Assembly: GCA_047495785.1 (NCBI GenBank)
Contig: JBLDXI010000032.1
Location: 3,658,001-3,722,000, forward strand
From: Lepidodermella squamata
Lineage: Eukaryota; Animalia; Gastrotricha
DNA length: 64,000 nucleotides
Reading direction: 5' to 3'
The stretch's first letter is position 1; the number at the start of each line of letters is the position of its first letter. The notes beneath the pieces were generated by a model. The model was not told where the DNA came from and searched no databases. It was given only the letters and a program-made list of their open reading frames with translations. Made by a program: the position numbers and the translations under genes. Positions 12,801 through 23,231 of this stretch are shown here, in pieces.

Positions 12801-14605
12801 CATCACCTATTGTTATTGTCGCTACATGCGAAAGTCCGGCTACTATAACTACGAACGATGTCAGTGCCAGGCAAAGTTGCTTCTCGACGGCGAGACATGG
12901 GTGCTAATGGCATCCAGGTCGAAGCAGCGTCACAAGACGGCGTAAAACGTTCCGGCGGCTTAACCTTGAAGGGCCCTGACTAATTTCATTCATTTGAATC
13001 AATGTCTTAGCAAAAATATGAATCGTAAAATTATTCGGACAAATATTTAAAAATTCAATATTTTTTGGCAAAAAATCAAATATTTGTCCGCAACTTTGCA
13101 AATTTGCAGCTAACTCAATTTTCAATAATTTCTTGAACGGGTTCGACGGCAACAAACTACATTGTTCGTCCGAATTTTTTGTTATTTTTCCGGACCGGTC
13201 ATCATCAAGGGCTTTAATGAGTGTGGATCGCAAAAATTAACATATCGCAATTTGCTGTTGAAAAAAGAGTTTGATGATAGAAAAAGTAATTTGATGTTGA
13301 ACAAAGTCAATTTGATGTTAAAAAAAATGTGACCCAACCCGAAGCTCATGTTTTTTCAAGCTATCTATGTTACTCAAATCTGTTTCCTAATTCTGGGTCT
13401 ATTTCATGGTATTAGTAGCTAACATATTTAAATTTCTGCTATTGGCTGATTTCGTATTATCTTTGACAAATCCTCCTTAATATTCAATTTCGCTTACCGA
13501 CTAAATTAAACAAAAATGTATAAAAAAATACCTGAAATCGCTCGATATCGATCGCTTCAGAATCGACACAGGCTTGTTTGAAGATCGAGTCTAGGCAGTC
13601 GAGCGAGTCGAAGCGCGCACTTGCGTCCCTAGGGCATTGCGGCGATGACTCAAAAGCCGCATAAATATCATTCATCAATTTCTGTAAATTAAAAAAAATG
13701 CGCATCAGGAAAAAAATCGATAGTTGACGAATTACATTTGATACAAGAACGGATCTCAGCGGAAGTCTTGAAGAAGGAGAAGCCAAGCCGCGAGAGCTAT
13801 CACAGCTGTAACCCGCTTCGCTGATCTGTGGCACCATCAACAGCCGGTCATAAGTTGGAGACATTGACATCAATTCGTCGAAAAGTTTCTCGTATCTCAC
13901 GTAGACTTGGGGAAATGCGATCACAAACCAATCGAATTGAGTCCGATATTGCTCGGCAACCTTGAAAAGTGTCTCCATAACAAGCCGAGTAACTCTCCGC
14001 ATTAAGGCGGCATTCTCGTTATCAGCCTCCGACTGATTTGGGTCCAGCGGCTGCGAATTTGAGCTAGCCAACTGCGAGTCGGATAATCGCATGGTTAAAA
14101 AACTCGATAAATTAGCCTTAATTTCATGCTCGAGCGACGATATAAGAGATTGCTGACCGGATAAAATTGAAATGACACTGAAAGGCACGTTAGTGATTTC
14201 CGAGTTGTGATAAATATTTCGATACAGCTCTTCGATTAACGGCAAATCGTTGCGCGATGAGATTATTGTTACTGAGAGCAGTTTACTTCGAATGCCAAGC
14301 TCATGCGATAGAAAATGAGGCCGATTTTTCGCTGTTATCGCCGGATTGGCGACCTGTGATTGGGCGCCGGGTTTCGCCGCCGAATTCACAGCGCTAAACC
14401 GGCTTTCGCTGTGCCGATGCGAGGAAGACGCTGATTTCGGGCCGAGGATGAACCGCCCGTCAAACATGCACATTCGGTCGAGAAAAGGCGCGAGAATAAG
14501 GCTGAGAAAAACGCCAATCGCCACGCCACAAGCGATTGACATCATCTGTCGAAGGTAGAATTTTGAGCGCACGAATAGCGCTAGGCAATTACTCGTTATC
14601 CGCAT
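9861..14605 (-). CDS. CHPF: Chondroitin polymerizing factor / chondroitin sulfate synthase-like (exons 14605-13736, 13681-13532, 12355-11949, 11076-9861)
   Basis: N-terminal type II anchor, RPHFLSHELGIRSKL, WPIDVQPP.KPKQRFDIAPW, GYRKFDPVRGMEYLL, EFLNRVRLMAIRKYQVYFPIAFSQYHP, FYLSDY and LHVFRAVDPGL. All three introns keep the frame. CHPF versus CHPF2 is not resolvable. Confidence 0.85.
11374..11844 (-). CDS. Small single-pass membrane protein with Cys-rich cytoplasmic tail, nested in CHPF intron 3 on the same strand
   Basis: ~156-aa ORF (ATG 11844 in AAAAAATG context). It has an N-terminal segment with N-glycosylation sequons (NFT, NTT), a TM segment FIIMLAVASLMAVLFLITLILLFHYVI followed by CRR, CC pairs and a terminal CPYC...CSHC. 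AATAAA follows the stop directly. The ORF is more GC-rich than the flanking intron. Confidence 0.65.
   Translation of the reverse strand: MSSSTLTPVNFTNYPYGVPIYVQNFIPNTTYSSAVYSNEFIIMLAVASLMAVLFLITLILLFHYVICRRQGIVDGECCGRLHGDPCCPTEGSCYPATDASCCICIQHHQVHSHANPVAVSTINNLQPVVGVSSLTCPYCQHSSARKGFCSHCHRYF
12441..13335. mobile_element. Non-autonomous Mutator-like TIR element in CHPF intron 2
   Basis: ~85-bp TIRs built of (A/T)CATCAAA sub-repeats (~12449-12524 versus ~13251-13328). Direct repeat AACCCGAA(G) at 12433-12441 and 13336-13344 (8-9 bp TSD). Internal plus-strand remnant TYCYCRYMRKSGYYNYERCQCQAKLLL resembles a FLYWCH/WRKY-type DNA-binding domain. Confidence 0.85.
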
Positions 14606-15320
14606 TTGGCTCGTGTCTAGTTTACATAACGATAAAATTTCTAAGAAAAATAAATGGATTAATTTTTACATCATGAAACCATCGAATGCTGTTTTTTTAC
14701 TGTTGTCAAAAAGGAAGAACGCCATTTAGCCATGCAGATACAGATTATAATAATGTACAGCTAAAACATCGCTGTCGAGTTCTCTCTCTCTCTATTTCGC
14801 TCGGTATTTCGAATAGGCAAGGAAAATATTATAGTCCCTAGACGACAACGAAGAGAATACAAAATTACTTCCGCACATCTTGTTAAGAAACATTTAATAA
14901 GAAAATATGTTATGAAGAAGGCTACATTGCGAGGAGACACCCTGCACCACTTCCGACTTCCGAAAATAAAGCACAACAAAAAAGTGAGAAAAAGTTGCAC
15001 AATTATCATCGCTCATTATTCAGACCAGATATTATAATGAAGAGATAAAGCTTTGCCATCACCATTGAAATTAGAAAACAATAATATTTGCAACTGGGCA
15101 ACAAATTTGAACGAAAAGAAAAATAAAAACAACCGTATTCAGCCGCCTTAAATGCTAAATGCATGTCAGGCGGGAGTCAGATCACACATTTTTTACGATA
15201 TCATGCCATAATATAAATAACCGAAAAAAAACAGGTAGACCACGTGGAATAGCTTCAAAATAATGACTTAGATATATCATAGGTAGTGCTTGCTTGTAGT
15301 TTACATTTTGGCTAAAACTG

Positions 15321-17612
15321 TCACGGTGTAGTGCTGTCGACGCTAGGTGTGGAAGATTGCGATACAAAGCTATCATACGGGCAGCGCTGGTTGAGATGGT
15401 CGCCCGTGCACTGGACAGCTGGCAGCGATGCACAGTCCCATTGGCCACACGAATGTGCACTTCGCACCAGCGGGTACAACGCGCATGGAATGCGATCTAG
15501 ACGGCGGAATGCCCGAAGCAATTGACGAGCTTTTGCGAGAACTTCGTCGCCGTTCATGCGCCCTCCAAGTTCGTTAAAATACAGCAACGTTTCATCGTAG
15601 GCCAACTTCTCATTCACGGCTGATAAAAGTATAATAGAACTCGAATTTTAGCTATTGGGTGAAAATCTTACCAACTGAGCCATAGATAGCAATTATGGCC
15701 AGGGCTACAAATAAGTGAAAATACGAGGTGTCTGGACAGGCGAAACAACAATCCCAAATTCGAAGCAGATCTCTCTCACAAAATTCCCTCTTGAAAAACA
15801 ATAGTACCCATCTAAAATAAAACAACTTTAACATAAGAAAAATCACGTAAAATCATCGTATAACCTGTGGCAGAATAACAGATCTATAGAATCGCCTGTA
15901 CGCATCAGATGGCCGTAGAAACTAGGCGTGAATAATTGAATAAGTCGCCGCAAATAGTTGAGTTGCTCGTCGATAGTGCGATCTTTCGGCGAAACGAAGA
16001 ATGCGGTATGCAGAAAGCGCCTGAAAACTCCGAACATGTCCGCTTCTTGGCCGTCAAACACGCCAAAATAAGTCGCCAACAAGTCAGACATACCCTATTA
16101 AATTAATTCAAACAGTAAAAAACTCAAAGGGTGAAGCAAAAAATGAAAAGTATTCGGGAACTCCACCTTAAAACTATATATCCATATAACAATCGGATGA
16201 AATTCGGGTAATTTCAACTGACGATTATATGAATTTGAATCCTAAATTATAACCTTGAATCCATAAATTCAACATTCCATTCAATTTTTGTTTGGGAGAG
16301 CCTAAGGAATGAACTTAGGTTGCAAAGTGGTTTTCCATACGTTAAATCGGTGTATACGATACAATTAACGATTATTTTTAATTCCTGGTCTAATTTAAAA
16401 TATAGATATCGCATTGTACCTGTGTATAACCAATTACAGGTTCACAAACTGCAACATTGAGTAGAATGTTTTGAAGGGTAGTGCAATTCGGGTTATTAGC
16501 CCCAGCGAAAATCGGATTGGTCCTATCGGTGCGAACGACGTCTTTCTCCACGGTAGACGCGACCTGTTTCCAGAAAGTATCGCGCATATCTTCGTCCATA
16601 TTCTGCCGCGCTTTCGTGCATCGGTGGTACTCGATAACAAAGTCATTGCGTATCTGCTCGCGACTTTCATGGCTGCTATCGAACGGATACACGCTAATTA
16701 GGAACGGCCAGACATAACGCCGCAGGTCGTCGCACATTGGTTTGAAGAAAATTCGCTTCCGAATTTCGGCCTCATTCGAAACCTCGCCGGTATCGCTGAC
16801 AAACGCGTACCATGCAGCCTTTGTCAACGGCTCGACTTGCTCTTCGGGCAGTATCGGCTCTGTCGCAACCGAATCGCCGCGGCGGAAGCTTGGTTTTCGC
16901 ACCCGGAATTCTTGAATACTGGTCAGAATGCTGTTTGGTTTCCGGTTTTTCGGCTCTTCGAATAACGAACAGAACTGCTCTATCACATTGGCGAGACGAT
17001 CGAGACCGCCGGTGTGAAAATGGAAGACTTTAGACTGGTTTTCTTGACTAACAACAAGAAACGCTCCTGCCGACTGAAATGAGTCCGTATAGAAAAACCG
17101 GAGGCGTTTGATTGTAGCTGGAAACAATTAAAATTAATATTATTTTGGAGAAATTTAGATTTCTTACTGAGATCAACAAAAAAGCTGCTTTGTCCCTTGG
17201 TTTGGCGGCCAGCGCTCGACAAAACCGGCTGCGATTCTAGTTTCGGCAACGATTTGAAAGGGCGCGACTCAAAAGCAGGCTGTGGGCCTGTCGGGCTGTC
17301 TGCATCGCCACGGCAGGTTGAGTCAAAAAAACTATCGTTAGCAAGCCAATGAAGCAACAAGCCGGACCTCAGCTCTTTCCCGGCCTTGAAATACAGGGCA
17401 AAATAACCACCGATGTGAACCACATTTCCAGTTGGTGGGGTCACGTGGACGCAAACGTTATTTTTCGCATAGACCAGCTCGCCGTTTTTGTAATCTTTTG
17501 GATTCGCAGCATCAAATAGCGAATCTATTGTATTGTCACGCTCGAGTAACGTAGATAGAATGTGATTCGCTCGCAGAGTAGCTTTACTAACAAACTGCCC
17601 AAAAGCACTCAT
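15321..17612 (-). CDS. TBC1D16: TBC1 domain family member 16 (Rab-GAP), multi-exon
   Basis: ELVYAKNNVCVH, KVFHFHTGGLDRL, VEKDVVRTDR, IGYTQ/GMSDLLA, LLFCHRWVLLFFKREF and YFHLFVALAIIAIYG, plus the TBC1D16-like C-terminus MNGDEVLAKAR...RIPCAL...GQWD...LPAVQC. Confidence 0.88.
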
Positions 17613-17736
17613 TTCGCAGTAAAATTCTAAAATAAAATAAAAGATAAAATTTAAAAATGACCGGTAATTTTTAATTGAAGATACAAATTTTGAATGAAAA
17701 TGCTGAGATTATAAAAAGCAAGCAGGATATGAGCAA
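17613..17736 (-). promoter_or_regulatory. Putative intercistronic spacer haspin->TBC1D16 (124 bp)
   Basis: After the haspin TGA come ATTAAA, a U-rich tract, then TTTTATTTTAG 14 nt before the TBC1D16 ATG. Confidence 0.55.
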
Positions 17737-20724
17737 TCACTCTTGAATGTTGAGCAGTGTAGAAGCACGAGGAATGAGATGATCGTTAACAAAAGACGAG
17801 GCTGATTTGGCATCTTGAATTAATAAAAACAGTTCTTCCAAGACTTTCATGCACTTTTTATGCAGTACATTCGTTTTCGCGACTTTGAATACGAACCGGT
17901 TTCGCATTTTGTCCAACAGGTACTGTAACCAAAAACAATTCGTCCGGGGCGTGAAAGCAGCCCAATTGTCGCTACGAAAAATAACAAAATCATTTGTTAA
18001 TGAATAAACAACGCTCCTGTAAAACTTACTTGCACTCCTTCCGCATCATTCGATAGACCTCGAATTGAAAATCTTCACTAGCATCGCCCATGAAAAGGCC
18101 TTCGTCTTCACTCAGATTTGTGCACACAACGATGCCGTCCTCAGAGCATCGCGACAGAGTGTAATCGATAATCGCCACTTCATATCCGGCCGAGGCGAGC
18201 GAGACACGTTTAGTACCGATCCTATACTCGAGTCGCTGGTCCTCGGCCGCATGAACCAGAATGTTGCCCCAATGCAAATCACGGTGTTCGAATGAGCAAG
18301 CTGATTCGCCAACTGCGAGAGAAACGGCGACCTGTGCAAATAACGACAGCGCTTCATATCCGCTTGGACATCTGAAATTTTCCAACGGCTCGCCTCCGAA
18401 TACGGAATCGAATAACAAGAAATGTTGTGTATCGTCAAACATTTTCGGATGATCGTTTTCCGATCCTTTTGTAGCCGCAAATTTCTCCCAAATTGAGACG
18501 AGAAAAGGCGGAAATCGACCCTTGACAACACGAATCTGGTTGATGGTAACAAAATTCGGCGAGGCATTGGAGATTGCAAGGTCATTTTCGCTAGCAAAAC
18601 TCATTCGGAGCATTGAATCACGAGCTTTCCGACTTCTTGTGCTTTTACAAGGGGCCCTGTTATGGTCATCTTTCAACCGCAAAGCTGCTTCGGTCAAGGA
18701 GGCTGTCTTCCGAGACACGACTACTTCCGTCAAAATTTGACCAAACGTTTTCTGAGCTTGTTCATTGAAATCAATGGTTCCATTTATAGGAATAACTTTG
18801 ATGACCCGACCAGCTGTGCCCGCGATGCTGATTTTGAATACCTCTCCAGAAACTCCTTCGCCTATCTTTACGCAACATTTCTTTTCAATAGCGCTGAAAA
18901 ACTTGTCAAACAAAACGACATCATCCTGACCACAGGCCGCCAGCAATTTGTCAAATTCGGACAGCTGGGGCTCAGCTGTTAACATCGATAAGCGAGATTT
19001 GGAGAAGGCATCGGCAATGCCGATAGCTGATTTATCTTTTTGCTCTGATTCAACGAATGAGACCTCGCGAGTCAACAGGCTTTTCCTTCTCATAGAAACA
19101 TCAACAAGTCGATTGGAGCTGTTCATGAGAGAAGAATTATTTCCAGGGTTTGAAAGCTGATTCGCAAATTTCGTTTTGGGGGCTATCAAGTCTCCAACTA
19201 CGTCTCCTAGCTCGCTTTCAGCCGGCTCCGATACGACACTAGCGTTGGCCGCACCAAAGTGGTCGACTACGAGAGCGATCGGCGATGGAACGTACTTCTG
19301 AACCGGCAATTTTGGTAAATTCGAGTCATGTTCAATAGAGACATCGACAGGAAGAGTCTCGATGTTGGATCCTGTTAAATCGCCAGGCAAAATGCTTTGT
19401 GTTGGGCCGAATGATATCTGTGATGGTAATTGAAGAGAGTCGTCCATAATTGCGGTTTTCCCAATTGTCAAAGCAATCGTTGCAGAGCGTGAGACGTTGT
19501 TAGCCTCTGTTTTTGAATTTAAATCCGAGTCTGATAACGAGTAAAAACTGTCGACAGAACGTTCACTGGCTTCGATGATGCTAGGAACGTTCAGCGCGTC
19601 CCATCTATCAGTAATTGCTGGTCCATCATTATCCTCAATAACTGAGTCAGCAAATCTGACAGACTTCTGGCGCAAATCAATAGATTCACTGCAAGACTTC
19701 TCGGCAAGTTTGCTTTGGTTGGAGACAATTGAGGATTCCTGAGCCATGGATTGTAATCTGCTTTTGACTGAAATTCGAGAAGCTGCGAGGGAAGCCGAGG
19801 AACGTGGTCGTAAGGAGTATCCTATGTCCCAAAAATGGAAACATGAATGAGAACATGACTAATGCTATGCAAACTGACTCGAGCTTGAAGGTGCAAACTT
19901 GGGAGTAGGGAGTTTGGCGTTGCCAACGTGCTCTATGTCGTCAACAGCTCCATCCTCTTCGGCAGTAAATACGACAGGACTAGCTTTGGCTGATCCGAGA
20001 AGCTGTTGAGAGCGTGATTTCACCATATTAGCCGCAGGAGTACTCGCAAGATGCAAGTTTTGTGAATGGCTCTATTAAATATGAATAAACGGCAAAATTA
20101 CCCCCACTTGAGTAATCGCCTCAAAACTTGCCCTCGAAACATTGTTTGGCATTGTTTCTAGAATCGGTTCAACTATTTCCTCATTGGCCACTGCAGTTTT
20201 AGCGTCTTCTGAATTTTTATCTGATAAAGCTCCCTGAAATACACAAGTTCATTTTCTTAGTTTAAATGTTAGCCGGGCCACCAACTTACCTCCAATTTAG
20301 TTTTCTCAAATGTTACAGCCAGGGAATAATCCTCATACTCTCTGAAGTCGATGGAAGATCTGGCCCATGGCTCTTTATTTTGGACTTCTTTTGGCTTTGT
20401 CGGCTTAGCTTTAGACTTGTTGGTCTTTTTGCTATCTTTGACTCCGTTACCCTTGGCAGCAGTTTTCGCTTTTCTCGCCTGGCTCTTTTTAGTTTTAGAT
20501 GCAGGTTCGTTTTCTTCATTTTCTTCGATTGATTCTGAGAACAGCTTGATTTTTGCATCGACAAGGTCATCGGCAGGTACATCTCGTTTCTGAGAGCGTC
20601 GAGTAGCGATTTTAGTAGATACAGGTGGTTTTTCATGAAGGACGGGAATCCCCGATTCCTCGGTTATCACAGGAATGTCCAACTTTTTGCGGCCATAAAC
20701 GGTGGCCGGCTTTTTAGATGTCAT
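17737..20724 (-). CDS. HASPIN: Haspin kinase (histone H3T3 kinase), multi-exon
   Basis: KIGEGVSGEVF, FEHRDLHWGNILV, IIDYTLSR and FQFEVYRMMR; last exon NWAAFTPRTNCFWLQYLLDKM; N-terminal TVYGRKK and a basic disordered region. Confidence 0.93.
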
Positions 20725-21565
20725 TCATCAAAATTGTGTTCCCGACCAGCAAGCTAGAAATAGCTTATACCTATCAAACGATAAGAATGATTGCTATGAA
20801 CGCACAGAAATCGTAAAAACGCCCCACAGAAATCGTAATCGAATCGCGACGATCATCCTCGAGGTTTAGCAAGTCATCAAAAGTCAAAAGTGCAATGAGG
20901 ATAAACACTGCCTTAGTGGCTATCTGAAGACATATTGGTGAGAATGAAGAGGTGAAATACTGAGCCGAAAATCATAGGGGACAGTTATTCCGAGTTGTGA
21001 TCTGCCTTGCTTGGCCTACTCAATATAGGCTGAGCTGAGGGGCCCGCATTTTTCTCATATCAAGCTTCAAGCTTAATGAAAACTTCTGGATCAGTGGATC
21101 GATGCGCTACGTCGGCATTTGCCGTTGAGCAGAAACAACCTTTAAAGCTACAAGCCACAGCATGTCAAGGTAAGTCCGGAGCCACCTACGGTCTCAGGAA
21201 AGATTTTATTTTTAGAACAAAATGAAATCTAAAAACTGTCAGTTATTAGGTTTTGAACAATATTTACTGTCACATCATGAATTCGTTTGCAAAAATATTA
21301 TCTACAGTTTTTAATAGTTTATTATTTTAAAGCGGCAAATTCAAAAAATCCTCGATCGTCAGGTTAGAGGTCAGAACCTCCCTTAGCTCCACTGCTTCAT
21401 GCGGAAATATGGGAAGCGGTAAGTTTTTTTTCGCACGTCACACGCGTCTCACCTCGCGGCGTGTTATTGCGCCGAGTCCGTGAAATCTATGAAGTTGTGA
21501 GACTCGGCAGTGGCAAGGATGGAAGTCGTAAGTCTTGTTAGACAGTCATGTTGCTGGGTTCAATA

Positions 21566-22248
21566 CAGTAGCGGCGCCAGGGGGGGGGGCGAGGGGGGCG
21601 CCGCCCCCCTGACGAGATTTTTCTCGGATTCTCGCCCCCCTGGAAATTTTCAGCTCTCAACCCGAATTTGGAGCATTTTTAGGCTATTCCGGCAAAAAAC
21701 CTCACAAAAATAGCGCCAGCTAAAGCTCGCTTCGCTCGCATTAAGGGTAATAGTGTACATTTGCGCTATCATTCTGCAACCCCTAGGTTTTATGTACAGA
21801 TTACTTTCTCAAGGATCGCAAATCAATTCAACAACCAATAAGGCTGTAAATCTTTACTTTTAACCGCTATAGCTAGGGTGCGCAGCGGGGAATAACCAAG
21901 ATAGTGACGGTTTACCACGCCCCGTGCCCGTATGCGGAAGAAATCCCTGAATTCGAGACTCCTGAAAACTTCAGATTAGGTAAAGTGGGCCGAAATATTG
22001 AAGCATTTCTAAGTTAGTCCCTGAGTATAACTTGCAAAAAATAGCGTTAGCTAAAGCTCGCTTCGCTCGCATGGATATAGATTTTTTGTGTCTTTATTGG
22101 AAGCTTTTCAAACTATCTCATATTTCAACGTTCAGCTACAGTCTTTCGCACACATATACGCAAAATTTCGAAATTTTTGCTAGCATGGTATATTAAGTGA
22201 TCGCCCCCAGCTCGCCCCCCTGACCGCAGAACCCTGGCGCCGTCCCTG
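21566..22248. mobile_element. hAT-type non-autonomous element (MITE), 683 bp
   Basis: Termini CAGTAGCGGCGCCAGGG and reverse-complement CAGGGACGGCGCCAGGG. Perfect 8-bp flanks GTTCAATA at 21558-21565 and 22249-22256. Internal direct repeat AAAATAGCGYYAGCTAAAGCTCGCTTCGCTCGCAT at ~21707 and ~22038. Confidence 0.9.
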
Positions 22249-22518
22249 GTTCAATATCCTGGTTCTCTAATTATGCCAACTGTCAGTCTCATGCGAATCA
22301 CGGCATTTAGCATTGATCTTTATTATTCGATATCGATCATCATTAACGTGTTGAGTGTAGAATCTTTGCGTTTAGTATAGTGGAAGCCACTTATGCGGCA
22401 CATTAGCTACTGTTGAATGACGCTGAGGTGCTAGGTGCTAGGACTTTAATTCATATGTTGACTTTTCTTAACTTAGGTGTGACACTTGAATTCGAAGTAG
22501 CTACTTGCGGATTCAATA

Positions 22519-23037
22519 ATGAACACTTTGGATTTGAAACCGGAGCCTATTTACGGCCACATGGCAAGCTATTCAGATTTCACTCCCGAATCTAATCAGA
22601 ATTCTTCAACGATGGTTTCTGACGGTAACTACACGAGCGACCACAGCAGCTCTCAGTCGCCGGCATCAATGCCTCTGACGGCTAACAATAACCAGGCTGG
22701 TCAGCAGAAATCATCTTACACCAAAAATAGAACCAGAAATAACGAGGCAGCAAAAATTTCTCGTCGTAATCGTCGCTTGCGTGAGGCTGAAATGGCCATG
22801 CGCGCTGCTCATCTTGAACAAGAAAACATTATGCTTCGGGCAGAAATAAGCACCTTAACCACAGAAATCGCCGCCCTACGACAAATGGCCACCGCCAGTT
22901 CTTTGCTGCCTCCATCCACCCCGCAGCCGATTCATCATCATTACCCAGTCAATGTCCATGCTGGTCCAAGTATGTCCGTTCATTCATGGCAAAATCAGCC
23001 TCAAGAGCAATATCAGTATTACAACGCAGCCTTGTGA
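22519..23037 (+). CDS. PAR-family-like bZIP transcription factor (HLF/TEF/CES-2-like)
   Basis: Basic region YTKNRTRNNEAAKISRRNRRLRE followed by zipper AAHLEQENIMLRAEISTLTTEIAAL. Confidence 0.85.
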   Translation: MNTLDLKPEPIYGHMASYSDFTPESNQNSSTMVSDGNYTSDHSSSQSPASMPLTANNNQAGQQKSSYTKNRTRNNEAAKISRRNRRLREAEMAMRAAHLEQENIMLRAEISTLTTEIAALRQMATASSLLPPSTPQPIHHHYPVNVHAGPSMSVHSWQNQPQEQYQYYNAAL

Positions 23038-23231
23038 TTCCCAGTATTTTGTAACAATGTTTTCCAATTTTTCATCTTTAATTAATATGCTTTCATTTAC
23101 ATTCACTTCATCATCTTTCGCTCCTACCATTCTCTATCTGTTCTTTCAATTTTTGCCTCAGGGTTGTCGGAAAATTAATATGTATATGCCGCTTGTATTT
23201 TTACGTTTCCTAAATTTTAGGATTTTTTTTT

